A stretch of 32,034 nucleotides of DNA from positions 1 through 32,034 of the forward strand of contig JBJKQQ010000001.1 in assembly GCA_046705325.1 (NCBI GenBank). The letters are read 5' to 3'. The notes beneath the pieces were generated by a model, which ran no database searches, had not been told where the DNA came from, and was given only the letters and a program-made list of their open reading frames with translations. A program made the translations under genes and the position numbers. This DNA is from Candidatus Pacearchaeota archaeon. GTDB taxonomy: Archaea; Nanobdellota; Nanobdellia; Pacearchaeales; GW2011-AR1. Below, piece by piece: positions 1 through 10,123 of the stretch; positions within the stretch are counted from its first letter, which is position 1; each line of letters starts with the position of its first letter.

Positions 1-173
1 TTTTTGTTTTGTTCGCGCGCTCTTGCGATTAACCCGTAGTGAGACCAGAAATAATTTCTCATTTCTTTCAAGCCCGCGGATTCCGGAATCATTATCTCTG
101 CTTCTTCCATCACGTGTATCAGAGATGTTTCGAGTTCGCTTTTTGGCCTTGCGATTAGACTCAAGATTTTCAT
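1..173 (-). CDS. hypothetical protein, N-terminal part only (runs off the window edge)
   Basis: ATG at 173..171 on the minus strand, open to position 1 (MKILSLIARPKSELETSLIHVMEEAEIM...). Below the ORF-track length cutoff. No recognisable motif. Confidence 0.3.
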   Translation of the reverse strand, partial: MKILSLIARPKSELETSLIHVMEEAEIMIPESAGLKEMRNYFWSHYGLIARAREQNK

Positions 174-245
174 ATTGCAAAAATAAATCCGCGATTTAAA
201 AATTTATATGAGGCAAATAGTTATAAACGGTGTTTCTTAATTATC

Positions 246-905
246 TTGATGGACGGAAAAGCGGCCGATAATGTAAAGAAATTCTTCAAGAAATTTTGGT
301 TCCTGCTCTGGAAAGACAATAGTTTCAAGGGTTGGATTTTTTCGCTGGTTTTCATTTTCGTCGCTATAAAGTTCATTTTTTTCCCGCTTTTGAGTCTGGT
401 TTCCGGAAGCTCGCTGCCTCTGGCAATAGTTGAGTCATGCAGCATGTACCATCAGGGAGACGTTTTTTCTAATTTCAATTCGTGGTGGCAGGGGCATGAA
501 AATTATTATGTGCGATGGAATGTGACTAAACAGGAGTTTGAAGGTTTCAGGTTCGAGAACGGATTTGACAAAGGGGACATCATGCTCGTTGTCGGGACAA
601 AGCCGCAAAACGTCCATATCGGAGATATAATAGTATTCAATTCGGAAGGGCAATCCACGCCGGTGATTCACAGGGTGATGAACATTACTATCGAAAACGG
701 GACTTATTATTTTTCTACAAAAGGGGACAATAATCCTGTGCAACTCCATTATGGAAACAACGTGCATAACATTGATGAGACCCACATAAATCAGAACCAG
801 CTTGTTGGCAAGGCAGTTTTCAAGCTCGCGCCGTTTATCGGTTGGGCGAAGCTGATTTTCTTTGATGCGCGAAGCGACGATCCTGGATTATGCAAGAGTA
901 CATAA
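246..905 (+). CDS. signal peptidase I, archaeal/ER Sec11 type (S26B)
   Basis: N-terminal TM segment followed by the catalytic Ser box VESCSMYH. Also GDIIVF, VIHRV and the TKGDNN box typical of archaeal type I signal peptidases. The track start is TTG at 246; the ATG at 249 is the more likely start. Confidence 0.8.
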   Translation: MMDGKAADNVKKFFKKFWFLLWKDNSFKGWIFSLVFIFVAIKFIFFPLLSLVSGSSLPLAIVESCSMYHQGDVFSNFNSWWQGHENYYVRWNVTKQEFEGFRFENGFDKGDIMLVVGTKPQNVHIGDIIVFNSEGQSTPVIHRVMNITIENGTYYFSTKGDNNPVQLHYGNNVHNIDETHINQNQLVGKAVFKLAPFIGWAKLIFFDARSDDPGLCKST

Positions 906-942
906 TCATAAGTAATATAAACCGGATTGATTTGTTTTCGAT

Positions 943-2451
943 ATGGGGGGTGGAGAGAAAGATTCTGCAGGTTCAACAAAACAAATTCCTGTAAAAAAAA
1001 CTGAACAGATTTATAAAGGTTCTTCAAAAAAATTCGATTTGATTGTCATAGGTGGCGGGACTGCGGGAACTGAAATCGCGTTTGAAGCCACAAAGGCAGG
1101 AGTCAAGACTGCATTGGTTGAGCCGAACTTTCTTGGAGGGGTTTGTTTGAATACGGGATGCATTCCTACGAAAACTTTGCTGCGTTCTGCGGAACTTTAT
1201 TCAGAGATTCAAAATTCTTCAGAGTTTGGAATTAATGTTTCATCCGCTTCGGTTGATTTCGCGAAGGTCATGCAGCGCGCCAAAGGGATTGTTGATGCTT
1301 CGAGAAAAGGCGTCGAACTTGGGCTTAACAATAAGAATCTTACGATTTTCAAAGATCATGCTTCTTTTGTGGGGAAGAAGAAAATAAAAGTGGGGGCGGA
1401 GGTAATCGAAGGCAGCAAGATAATAATTGCAACAGGTTCGAAACCTCACGTTCCTCCTATTCCTGGATTAAATGAAGTCGATTATTTTGTCAGCGGAACG
1501 CAAAATAATTCGCCCGAGGACATTTTGAACATTCAGCAATTGCCGCAGACAATTGTGATAATCGGCGGCGGCTACATTGGCTTTGAATTTGCGACTTTCT
1601 TTTACGAGCTTGGAAGCAAGGTGATAATCCTGGAGGGAACCGACAGCGTTTTGAGGATGCTGGACAAAGATGTTTTGGATATTTTGCTGAAGCGTTACGA
1701 TCCTGAAAGATTTTCTGTACTGACTGGCGTGAAGATTTCAAAAGTTTCCGCTGAAGGAGGAAACAAGATAATTGCATTTACAGACAATCAGGGGGAACAA
1801 GGCTCTGTTTCGGGCGATGCTTTGCTTGTCGCTACCGGCAGGATTCCCAGCAGCTTTGAATTGCATCCTTCCGCGAGCGGCATTAGAATAGGGAAACGCG
1901 GAGAAATAATTGTCGACGATTTTCTGGAAACTTCATGCAAGGGGATTTATGCCGTCGGTGATGTTACAGGAAAAGTAATGTTTGCGCACACTGCGAAGCG
2001 CGAAGGTATGATAGCCATGAAGAATGCTGTAAGCGGTTCTAAAAGCAGAAAGAAGTTCAATACAAACGCGGTTCCGTGGGCGGTTTTTGTCAATCCGCCG
2101 ATTGCAGGTGTGGGGCAAACCGGTAAAGATGCAAAAGGAGCAGGAGTTTTGAAAAGTTATTTTGCGAGGGCCGCGAGGTCGGGAATAATCGGAGACACGA
2201 AAGGAATTCTGAAAGTTTGGTTTGACAAAAAGTCGAAGAAAATTCTCGGCGCGGAAATGATCGGCCTGAATTCTGATGATTTAATTTCAGAGTTTTCAGC
2301 TTTGATAAATTGCGGCGGAACTGTCGAAAATCTTCGGGAGATAATTCACATTCATCCGACTTTAAGCGAAGTTGTTGATAGCTTGAAGGAAGAAAAGGCG
2401 GTGGTTAAGAAGCCTGAAAACAAAAAGATAGGGAAAGTGGGGAAGAAATAG
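943..2451 (+). CDS. lpdA: dihydrolipoyl (lipoamide) dehydrogenase, E3 component
   Basis: FAD fold GGGTAGTEIA, redox-active disulfide GGVCLNTGCIPTK, second Rossmann motif IIGGGYIGFEF, and the C-terminal interface motif HIHPTLSE. Ends in TAG. Confidence 0.9.
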   Translation: MGGGEKDSAGSTKQIPVKKTEQIYKGSSKKFDLIVIGGGTAGTEIAFEATKAGVKTALVEPNFLGGVCLNTGCIPTKTLLRSAELYSEIQNSSEFGINVSSASVDFAKVMQRAKGIVDASRKGVELGLNNKNLTIFKDHASFVGKKKIKVGAEVIEGSKIIIATGSKPHVPPIPGLNEVDYFVSGTQNNSPEDILNIQQLPQTIVIIGGGYIGFEFATFFYELGSKVIILEGTDSVLRMLDKDVLDILLKRYDPERFSVLTGVKISKVSAEGGNKIIAFTDNQGEQGSVSGDALLVATGRIPSSFELHPSASGIRIGKRGEIIVDDFLETSCKGIYAVGDVTGKVMFAHTAKREGMIAMKNAVSGSKSRKKFNTNAVPWAVFVNPPIAGVGQTGKDAKGAGVLKSYFARAARSGIIGDTKGILKVWFDKKSKKILGAEMIGLNSDDLISEFSALINCGGTVENLREIIHIHPTLSEVVDSLKEEKAVVKKPENKKIGKVGKK

Positions 2452-2465
2452 TTTTAATCATTAAA

Positions 2466-3005
2466 ATGGTAAAAGAAATGTCATCGGTTAACAAACAAAA
2501 ATATCGATTTCTGCCTTATGATCCTAAGTATCCTTCTGTGTTCTTGAAAGAGAAGAACAAGATAAAAAATTCTTTAGGGGAGAATATCAAGATTGAGCAT
2601 GTCGGCAGCACGTCTGTTCCAGGTCTTGGGGGCAAGGGCATAATTGACATTGCGATTAAGACTCCGAAGAGCAAAATTAACAAATTCTTGAAAAGGCTGG
2701 GAGAGCTAGGTTATGAACAGACTCCAAAACATCCTGCAGATGACAGAAGAGTGTTCTTGCAAAAAATAATTAAGTCTGAGAAAGAAGAAAAGAGAACGCA
2801 TATTCATCTTGCGCTTACAGATGAATTCTGGAATTCTTTTATTGCAGTTAGGGATTATCTAAGGGACCATGACATAGAACGCAAAAAGTATGCTAAGCTA
2901 AAAAAAGAAGCCGTGAGGCATGCAAAAGGGGAAGGAAATAAGTATTATTCATATAAGGAAGAATTTTTGAGAAAACTTACTAAGGAAGCATTGGGGAAGA
3001 AATAA
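2466..3005 (+). CDS. GrpB-family (UPF0157) nucleotidyltransferase-fold protein
   Basis: IEHVGSTSVPGLGGKGIIDI motif and about 180 aa length, both characteristic of GrpB. Confidence 0.7.
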   Translation: MVKEMSSVNKQKYRFLPYDPKYPSVFLKEKNKIKNSLGENIKIEHVGSTSVPGLGGKGIIDIAIKTPKSKINKFLKRLGELGYEQTPKHPADDRRVFLQKIIKSEKEEKRTHIHLALTDEFWNSFIAVRDYLRDHDIERKKYAKLKKEAVRHAKGEGNKYYSYKEEFLRKLTKEALGKK

Positions 3006-3013
3006 TCACCTTT

Positions 3014-3956
3014 TTAATTACTTATTACTTTTTCAATCTCTCTCTTAATCTCTTCAGAACAGTTGGGCCAATAAATTAAGTCCTTCAAGCTATGTTCCAT
3101 GGAATATAAATCCAATCGGGTGTTTATACTTTTGAATCTGAAAAGTTCTGGGTAAAATTCCTTGAACCATTTTAATAAATTAGCGTAGTCTCTTTTTCTT
3201 GCAAATTTCTCTGATTCTTTTGACATGTATTTCTTAGGGTATTCTACCATTCTCTTTATTATATCCAGAGTAAAATCTATCGAAGCTAACTCTGTTCTTT
3301 CAAAGTCAAGAATCCCTACGATTTTGTCATCTTTTACGAGTATGTTATCAAAATGAGCATCCCAATAAACAAGCGCGATTCTTTGTTCATCAAGAGTTTT
3401 ATTGTTTTTCTTCACGAATTCTTTTATTTTCTCTATGAACTCTTCGGAAGCGAGTTTCTCTCTTTTTATCTTACTTAATGAATTGTTGATGCTTTTGATT
3501 ATTTTATCATGCCAGCTGATTGATGTTTTAATGTTGAATTCTCTTGTAAATCCTTTGTAAGTAGTGCTATTAATCTTCTTTAGCATCTCGCATAGCTGCT
3601 GGATTATTTTTTTTTCTTTGGGGATTAGTTAACAAATGCCATCTAGAATAAAGATTGTTTCCTTGTATTTTTGGATAAATCATAAAAATCTTCGGATAAA
3701 TCTTTTTTGTATTATCAAAAATTCTTATCTTTGGAACCGGGAGTTTGTCTTTGAACAGCTTGTAAAAATACGCTTCTCTCTCAAAATTCTTTTCATTATC
3801 CCTATCTTGACAAACTTTTAGGATGAATCTATTATTAATCAGATAGATTTTGTTTGTAAATCCAATTTCAATTTTTTTTATTTCTTTGACCTTCCCCAGT
3901 TTGTGTTCTTGAAGGATCTGATTTATAGTATCTGCGCCTATCTCATTTCTGTTCAT
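3014..3956 (-). pseudogene. aminoglycoside/choline-kinase-type phosphotransferase (APH family), split by a frameshift in an A9 tract
   Basis: The N-terminal ORF 3570..3956 has the nucleotide-binding lobe (IEIGFTNKIYLINNRFILKV). The C-terminal ORF 3014..3586 has the catalytic loop WDAHFDNILV and the ILDFE metal-binding motif. Removing one A from the minus-strand A9 run (plus-strand T9 at 3607-3615) reads ...QRKKIIQQLCEMLKKINSTTY and fuses both parts into a protein of about 311 aa. Confidence 0.75.
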
Positions 3957-4009
3957 ATCATCGGAAGCAGAAAGAAGAATATAAATTTATCCCGATTCCC
4001 TTATAAATT

Positions 4010-5389
4010 TCATTTCATCATAAGCCTTCGTTTGTATCCGACGACTTTGTCAAGGGCTTCTATTGCAAGATGGGGAAAAGAGAAAACAGGAACCTTTTTT
4101 TCTATCAGCATTTCCGAAAGTTTTTCCGTGAATTCAGAACCTGTTGAAACAACTACTTTTGGTTTCTTCGTGGACTTTTTCGCTTTTTCTATTATGCCAA
4201 CTACGTCTTCGCTAAGCAAGGGGGTTTGGTAAAGCGCGATTAACAGAATTAGGTCTACATTTTTGTCTTTGGAAACCTGCTTTAATGCTGTTTCATATCT
4301 TTTAGATGTTGCATCGCCCGAAATGTCCAGAGGGTTTCGGATGTTAACATAAGAAGGCATGACTTTTCTAAGCGCTTTGGAAGTTGAATCTGAAAGTTCG
4401 GCCATCTGAAGGTTTCTTGCTTCGGAAACTTTGTCTGTCGAGACTATTCCATAGCCGCCGCCGTTTGTTACAATCTGGACGCGGTTGCCTTTTGCGGTTA
4501 TTGGATTTTCAAGGATGCTGGCGATGTTGAACATCTCTTCGAGGTTGTCTGCGCGGATTAAATTCGCCTGATTGAAAATTCCAAAGTAAGTCTCTTTCTT
4601 TCCCGCGAGAGTTCCGGTGTGCGAGAGTGTTGCCTGATCTCCGGCTTTCGTAAGTCCGCCTTTAACAACTATTATAGGTTTGTTTTTTGAAATTCTTTTT
4701 GCGGTCTTGTAGAATTTTTCCCCGTCTTTGACGCCCTCGATGTACATGCAGATTACTTTCGTGTCTTTGTCTTTTGCAAGATATTCCAGATAATCAGATT
4801 CATCAAGCTGCGTTGCATTTCCATAGCTGATGAATTTCGCGAATTTGTAATCTTTTTCGGCGGCGATGTCGATGATTGCGAGGCCGATGGCCCCTGACTG
4901 GCAGACGAAGCTGATGCCGCCGGCTTTTGGCCTGCGCATTTTTGTTTTGGGTATAAACAGCGCATCCATGCTGGTATGCGCATCGAAAATTCCAAGGCAG
5001 TTCACACCGATCGCTTTCATTCCGTTTGCGTTGAGATAATCTTTTAATCTGGTTTCAGTTTCCTTGTCGCCGGTTTCTGAAAATCCTGAAGATACTATGA
5101 TGATGTTCTTGACGTTTTTTTCTTTGCACTGCTCGACTGCCGCAGAAACAAGGTTTGCAGGAATCGCGATAATTGCCAAATCTATTTTTTCTTTTGCATC
5201 TGTGATTTTAGAGTATGCGCGCTTTCCGAGAACTTCCTGTGCGTTTGGATTTATTGGAATGATTTTTCTTCCCAGTCTTTCTCCGGATTCAATCAGGTTT
5301 TTCAGGAGGACATTGCCGACTTTTTCGGGATTTCGCGAAGCTCCGATTACAGCTACCGTTTTCGGGTTGAAGAATTTTTCAAGTTCCAT
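4010..5389 (-). CDS. acdA: ADP-forming acetyl-CoA synthetase (acetate--CoA ligase), alpha subunit
   Basis: CoA-binding start AVIGASRNPEKVGN, a succinyl-CoA-ligase-like flavodoxin domain, and the phosphohistidine loop LSHTGTLAG. Length of 459 aa is typical. Its start lies 1 nt after the E2 stop. Confidence 0.85.
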   Translation of the reverse strand: MELEKFFNPKTVAVIGASRNPEKVGNVLLKNLIESGERLGRKIIPINPNAQEVLGKRAYSKITDAKEKIDLAIIAIPANLVSAAVEQCKEKNVKNIIIVSSGFSETGDKETETRLKDYLNANGMKAIGVNCLGIFDAHTSMDALFIPKTKMRRPKAGGISFVCQSGAIGLAIIDIAAEKDYKFAKFISYGNATQLDESDYLEYLAKDKDTKVICMYIEGVKDGEKFYKTAKRISKNKPIIVVKGGLTKAGDQATLSHTGTLAGKKETYFGIFNQANLIRADNLEEMFNIASILENPITAKGNRVQIVTNGGGYGIVSTDKVSEARNLQMAELSDSTSKALRKVMPSYVNIRNPLDISGDATSKRYETALKQVSKDKNVDLILLIALYQTPLLSEDVVGIIEKAKKSTKKPKVVVSTGSEFTEKLSEMLIEKKVPVFSFPHLAIEALDKVVGYKRRLMMK

Positions 5390-5390
5390 T

Positions 5391-6842
5391 TTAAAGTTCT
5401 ATGAAGAGATGATTCGGGTCTTCGAGGTATTCTTTCAGCGATTCGAGAAATCTCGCCGCCTGCGCGCCGTCCACAACCCGATGATCGAACGTAAGAGAAA
5501 TCGGAAGTTGTTTTACTTTCTTCGAGGGATTGTCCTGATTTAAGGTTTCGAAAACTCTGCCGACGCCGAGAATTGCGCTTTCGCCGGGATTGATAAGGGG
5601 AGTCGCGTAAGTTCCGCCGATCGAACCGTAGTTAGTCACAGTAAATGTTCCGCCTTTCATTTCCTCCAACGCAAGTTTTCTGTCGCGGGCTTTTTGCGCC
5701 AGCTCGCGGATTTCTTTTGAAATGTCAACTATTGATTTGTCGTCGGCATTTTTCACGACAGGAACCATGAGGCCGACAGGAGTTTCAACTGCGATTGCGA
5801 TATTGTAGTACTTCTTTACAAGAATCTCTCCTGAGTCGGTGTTGAGAGTTGCGTTGAAATACGGATGTTCTTTTAGGACCGCGATTGCGGCTTTGACGAT
5901 GAACGCCAGCAAAGTCAGATGGGTGTCTTTGAGTTTTTTGTTTTGCTTGTCTTTCAATGCCCAAAGTCTTGTGATGTTTGCGTCTTCCATTGCGGTAACC
6001 TGTGGAATCTGATGCGAGAGCGTCATGTTGTCGGAGATGACTTTTCTGATGCCTTTCAATGGAATTCTTTCTACCGTACCATGCTGATTTGAAGTTTTGG
6101 TTACCGGAATGTTTTGTTGTGCGATCGGAGAGGAGATGCTAAGATCTGATTTCAGGATTCTGCCATTTGGTCCGGAGCCTTTGATCTTTGCGAGATTGAT
6201 GTTGTGTTCTTTTGCAAGTTGCCTTACAGCCGGCGTGGTTTGGATTTTTTTGCTTTGGATCTCGCCGCTCATTGCTGCTGCCTGTGACTTGTATTCAACC
6301 GTTTCTTCTGGAGGATTTGGATTTTGAATTTCGCTTTTTTGAGGAGCAGTTTCTTCAGGCGCTTCTTCAAGCTGACCTACTACCGCCAGTCCGCGTTTTG
6401 GCGCACTGGAAGGTTTTGGAGCTGCCGTGGCTTTTGCGGTTTTAGGATTTGTTTTTGTTGCGGGAGAAGATTTTGGAGGTGTTGGCATTGCGTGAGCAGG
6501 AGTTTTTGATTTAACCGGAATAGCAATTTTTGTTGGAGGAGTTTGTGGGGTTGCTGTAGGTGAAGGTTTTGTTGCAGGTGCTGTTGTTTTAGCGGGAGCA
6601 GAACTTCCGGAACCGTTGATTGTGCAAAGGACGCCGCCAACTTTTATTGTCTGGCCTGCTTTTGCTGCGATGCTTGTGATTTTTCCCGCTTCCGGAGATG
6701 GAAGGTCTACAACAGATTTGTCAGTTTCAACCTGGACCAGATTTTGGTTTTCCTTGACGGTGTCGCCTTCTTTGACGAGCCACTTCACTACTTCGCCTTC
6801 CTGAATCCCTTCGCCGACGTCCGGAAACTTGAAATCACCCAT
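5391..6842 (-). CDS. pdhC: dihydrolipoamide acyltransferase, E2 component of a 2-oxoacid dehydrogenase complex
   Basis: Lipoyl domain VETDKSVVDLPSP, a long Pro/Ala/Thr/Lys linker, the E3/E1-binding domain TPAVRQLAKEHNINLAKIKGSGPNGRILKSDL, and the catalytic motif DHRVVDG. Substrate (pyruvate, branched-chain or acetoin) cannot be decided by eye. Confidence 0.9.
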   Translation of the reverse strand: MGDFKFPDVGEGIQEGEVVKWLVKEGDTVKENQNLVQVETDKSVVDLPSPEAGKITSIAAKAGQTIKVGGVLCTINGSGSSAPAKTTAPATKPSPTATPQTPPTKIAIPVKSKTPAHAMPTPPKSSPATKTNPKTAKATAAPKPSSAPKRGLAVVGQLEEAPEETAPQKSEIQNPNPPEETVEYKSQAAAMSGEIQSKKIQTTPAVRQLAKEHNINLAKIKGSGPNGRILKSDLSISSPIAQQNIPVTKTSNQHGTVERIPLKGIRKVISDNMTLSHQIPQVTAMEDANITRLWALKDKQNKKLKDTHLTLLAFIVKAAIAVLKEHPYFNATLNTDSGEILVKKYYNIAIAVETPVGLMVPVVKNADDKSIVDISKEIRELAQKARDRKLALEEMKGGTFTVTNYGSIGGTYATPLINPGESAILGVGRVFETLNQDNPSKKVKQLPISLTFDHRVVDGAQAARFLESLKEYLEDPNHLFIEL

Positions 6843-6843
6843 T

Positions 6844-7818
6844 TTAAGATTTTATAGCCAACACTTTATTTATACCTTTCTTTATCTTTTCTTTGTTGAT
6901 AAGGAAGAGTTTTTCATAGGAAGCCAGAGGCATGATCGTGTCGTAGCCGGTTACTCGCTCGACCGGAGCTTCAAGACTGTAAAGCGCTTGTTCGTTTATC
7001 CTCGCGATTATCTCTGCTGCGAAACCCATATTTTTTGGAGCTTCATGAACGATCATTGCTCTGCCTGTTTTCTTAACAGAATTTATTATTGTTTCAGTGT
7101 CCAATGGAGAAAGCGTTCGGAGGTCGATGATTTCTGCGTCTGCATTAAGTTCCTGGACCGCTTCAGTCGCTTCGCGAACCCACGAGCCATAAGTTATCAA
7201 TGTCATTTTGTTCCCTTCTTTTACGACGTGCGCTTTTCCGAGAGGAATAGTATATGGTTTCAGCGGAACGTCTTGTTTTATTGCGCGGTAAACTCTCTTT
7301 GGTTCGAAGAAAACTACAGGATCAGGGTCTGCAATTGCCGACAGGAGAAGGCCTTTTGCTTCGTAAGGTGTTGATGGCATCACGACTTTTATTCCCGGGA
7401 TGTGGATGAACATCGTTTCAGGGGATTCCGAATGGTGTTCCAGTGCGCGGATGCCGCCGCCGATTGGCACACGGAGAACAAGCGGGCAATGATATAATCC
7501 TCTTGACCTGTTTCTTATCCTCGCTGCATGATTGTAAAGTTGGTCTATTGTAGAAAGTGAAAATCCGTCGAACTGAATTTCTGGAATTGGTTTCAGGCCC
7601 ATGACCGCCATGCCAATTGAAGTTCCCATAATTCCTGCCTCCGCAATCGGCGAATCCATTACGCGGTCGTTGCCATACTTCTTCGCTAAGCCATCTGTAA
7701 CGCGGAACACACCGCCATCTTCTCCAATATCTTCGCCAAGCAGGACAACTTCCTTCTCCGCTTTAAGTGCATTGTCAAGTGCGCTGTTGATCGCGCTCAC
7801 CATGTTCATTTCAGGCAT
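6844..7818 (-). CDS. pdhB: 2-oxoacid dehydrogenase E1 component, beta subunit
   Basis: Transketolase-like pyrimidine-binding and C-terminal domains (LLGEDIGEDGGVFRVT, DSPIAEAGIMG, PEIQF). Length of 324 aa is typical. Confidence 0.9.
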   Translation of the reverse strand: MPEMNMVSAINSALDNALKAEKEVVLLGEDIGEDGGVFRVTDGLAKKYGNDRVMDSPIAEAGIMGTSIGMAVMGLKPIPEIQFDGFSLSTIDQLYNHAARIRNRSRGLYHCPLVLRVPIGGGIRALEHHSESPETMFIHIPGIKVVMPSTPYEAKGLLLSAIADPDPVVFFEPKRVYRAIKQDVPLKPYTIPLGKAHVVKEGNKMTLITYGSWVREATEAVQELNADAEIIDLRTLSPLDTETIINSVKKTGRAMIVHEAPKNMGFAAEIIARINEQALYSLEAPVERVTGYDTIMPLASYEKLFLINKEKIKKGINKVLAIKS

Positions 7819-8665
7819 TTTGCGGTACCTCTACTGGATTTTCTCCCTTGTATGTTCCAAGTCCAGAACCTCTGGGAAGCCAACACAATCCCCTTACAGT
7901 ATAGCTGTCTTCGTGATGATTTAAGGGAATCAGTGGATGACCTGATAACTTTTGAGCTCTTTTCGTTTCTTCAGGCGTAAGGTCTTCCCATATCACGTCA
8001 TATCCTTTTGCAAATGAATTTGCAATAGCTTTTATTACCTCCTCTCTTGGAATTTCTTTATGCAGATCTATTGAGGTCATAATCTCTCGAAGATCATTCA
8101 CAGAGCACTCGTCATAAAGTGAAGGGTTCATTAATGATAGCGTCAATTTGATATCGGGCATTTTGTAAATAATTATTCCTTGTTGCATCACAACCTCGTC
8201 GGTGATTCGTTGCGCGTTTCCGTTTAATTTTTTCCCTCCAACATATAAATCGTTTTTGTTCCTTAATTCTGTAGGCAACCCCAATCCAGAAAATGCATCC
8301 GCCATCTTTCGGCAGTATAAATCATATATTCCATGAGGATCTCTAGAGTCTATGTCAAATTTCTCTTTAATATGCGACGGCGGAACAAAAAGGCTGTAAG
8401 AAAAATCGTTTTTGGGATGATGAACTACCGCTCTTCCTCCCGTTGCCATTCGGATAATTTCATAACCATTCTTCTTGCATGCTTCAAGATTTAAGTCTCC
8501 TAATTTTTGGTTTCGTGATATTGTTACTGAAGGTGTCCATGAATGAAATATAACTGTAGGCGGAGATTTCCCTGAAGCTACGGATTCATAGATTGCTCTA
8601 TCGACCCCATCTATCATTTGAGGGCTTCTTGTTTTTATGTCAATAACTCTAAATTCCAAATTCAT
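7811..8665 (-). CDS. lplA: lipoate-protein ligase A family protein (BPL/LplA/LipB domain)
   Basis: ATGGRAVVHH and GGKKLNGNAQR motifs, containing the lipoyl-AMP lysine box. Overlaps the E1alpha stop by 4 nt and the E1beta start by 8 nt. Confidence 0.8.
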   Translation of the reverse strand: MNLEFRVIDIKTRSPQMIDGVDRAIYESVASGKSPPTVIFHSWTPSVTISRNQKLGDLNLEACKKNGYEIIRMATGGRAVVHHPKNDFSYSLFVPPSHIKEKFDIDSRDPHGIYDLYCRKMADAFSGLGLPTELRNKNDLYVGGKKLNGNAQRITDEVVMQQGIIIYKMPDIKLTLSLMNPSLYDECSVNDLREIMTSIDLHKEIPREEVIKAIANSFAKGYDVIWEDLTPEETKRAQKLSGHPLIPLNHHEDSYTVRGLCWLPRGSGLGTYKGENPVEVPQNA

Positions 8666-9774
8666 TTCGCCTCCACCGGTTTAGTTTGCGGAGCAGCTTG
8701 TTGAGCAGTTAGCTGCGAATTGTCCGCTTTTAGTTCTTCCAATTCTGATTGAAGTTCTTCCGGAAGAGTTGCGTAAAGATATTTTATTATGTCTTCAGGA
8801 GGATAAGGCTGAATCGCTTCGAATTTCTTTACCGCGTCTGAAACGGATTTTTTCGCCTGCGCCTGAAGTTTTGCGTCTTCGGATTTTGTGAGGATTTTTT
8901 CTTTTAGCATATAAGTTCTCAATCGCGAAATCGGTTCTGCTTTTTCATGTTTTTTTACTTCTGCCGCCGAACGATATTTCGAAGCGTCATCTGAAGTCGT
9001 GTGGTCATTTAACCTGTAAGTTAGGCATTCTATCAAAGTTGGCTTGCCTTCGTAAGCGTCTTTCAGCGCTTGCTTTGTCGCGGCGTAAACTGCGAAGATA
9101 TCGTTGCCGTCAACTCTTATGCCTTTTATTCCGTAAGCGATTGCTTTTTGCGCTATTGTTTGTGCTGCTGTTTGTTGTTCAACGGGAAGGGAAATTGCCC
9201 ACTGGTTGTTTTGGCAGAGGAAAACTGTATGCGCTTTGAAATCTCCTGCGAAGTTCAGCGCTTCGTGGAAATCGCCTTTAGAAGTTGAGCCGTCTCCGAA
9301 GTAGCCGATCGCGGCGCGCCTTTCCTTTCTGTAAGCGAATGCCATGCCTGCGCCTGCGGCGTGGGGAATTTGAGAAGCGACCGGAATTGCTGGCGTGAAA
9401 ACATTTACATTTTTAGAACAAGCGCCGCGCTCGTCGCCTTTGTGATAAAGAAGCAAGCCTTCAACGGTTCCGCCGCGCGTTAAAACTACAGCGTGCTCGC
9501 GGAAAGAAGGGAAAGCAATGTCTGATTTTGACATCGCGAATGCAGAGCCGACCTGCGCGGCCTCCTGTCCTAGAAGAGAAGCGTAAGTGTAAATCCTGCC
9601 CTGCCTTTGCATTGCGATAGCCTGGGCATCAAATGTTCTGGAAAGAACCATGAGGTAATACATCTTCTTTAGATTTTCGTTTGAAATCTTCGGCATTTCT
9701 TTCTTGTCGACAATCTTCCCGTTTTCATCAAGAATTTGCAGAAAAGGCACCTCAAATTTTTCTATGACTTTCAT
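8662..9774 (-). CDS. pdhA: 2-oxoacid dehydrogenase E1 component, alpha subunit (ThDP-binding)
   Basis: ThDP motif GYFGDGSTSKGDFHEALNFA ... NN. An SD-like GAGG lies 5 nt upstream of the ATG. First gene of the minus-strand operon. Confidence 0.9.
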   Translation of the reverse strand: MKVIEKFEVPFLQILDENGKIVDKKEMPKISNENLKKMYYLMVLSRTFDAQAIAMQRQGRIYTYASLLGQEAAQVGSAFAMSKSDIAFPSFREHAVVLTRGGTVEGLLLYHKGDERGACSKNVNVFTPAIPVASQIPHAAGAGMAFAYRKERRAAIGYFGDGSTSKGDFHEALNFAGDFKAHTVFLCQNNQWAISLPVEQQTAAQTIAQKAIAYGIKGIRVDGNDIFAVYAATKQALKDAYEGKPTLIECLTYRLNDHTTSDDASKYRSAAEVKKHEKAEPISRLRTYMLKEKILTKSEDAKLQAQAKKSVSDAVKKFEAIQPYPPEDIIKYLYATLPEELQSELEELKADNSQLTAQQAAPQTKPVEAK

Positions 9775-9808
9775 TTTCCTCTTTCTTCCTCGAGAAAAGG
9801 CGTTGTTG

Positions 9809-9816
9809 TTTATAAA
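9809..9816. promoter_or_regulatory. palindromic TATA box TTTATAAA, candidate bidirectional promoter
   Basis: Sits 35 nt upstream of the pdhA ATG on the minus strand. Also sits about 35 nt upstream of the GC-rich element starting near 9846 on the plus strand. Confidence 0.35.
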
Positions 9817-9845
9817 TTTTGGGGATTGGAAGTTTGAATGTTTCT

Positions 9846-9976
9846 TTTCTCTAGCAGAAATCCGCCGCGATATTCGCGACCCCGCTCGGATTTGTCTTTC
9901 ATTTGCCTCATGAAATCGCTCACCCCTACCACCGCCCCAAATTGATAACGGAATCCATGGTGTGCCTTAGTTTTTT
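9846..9976 (+). repeat. C-rich structured intergenic element, copy A (candidate sRNA)
   Basis: Hairpin AAATCCG(9858-9864)/CGGATTT(9887-9893) enclosing CGCGA-tat-TCGCG. Contains the C-rich box CACCCCTACCACCGCCCC and a TTGATAACGGAATCCATGG tail, and ends at a T6 run. Homologous blocks occur at 11850-11995 and 15121-15215. Confidence 0.5.
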
Positions 9977-10123
9977 CAAAAGTTAATGCTGGAAAAATCT
10001 TTGAAGGAATTGTTCGACGCTTATTGTAGGATTATCTTTGGAAGAGAAATTTAATTTTTTGAATTCCTTAAATCACAAAACATCAAAGCATAATTTTTTA
10101 AGCCAGAGTTCATTTTATTATCC

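Noticed and set aside
6097-6804. Cluster of overlapping ORFs on both strands inside the E2 gene.
   Set aside because: They arise from the repetitive Pro/Ala/Thr/Lys linker region of E2. The E2 frame carries the lipoyl, subunit-binding and catalytic motifs.
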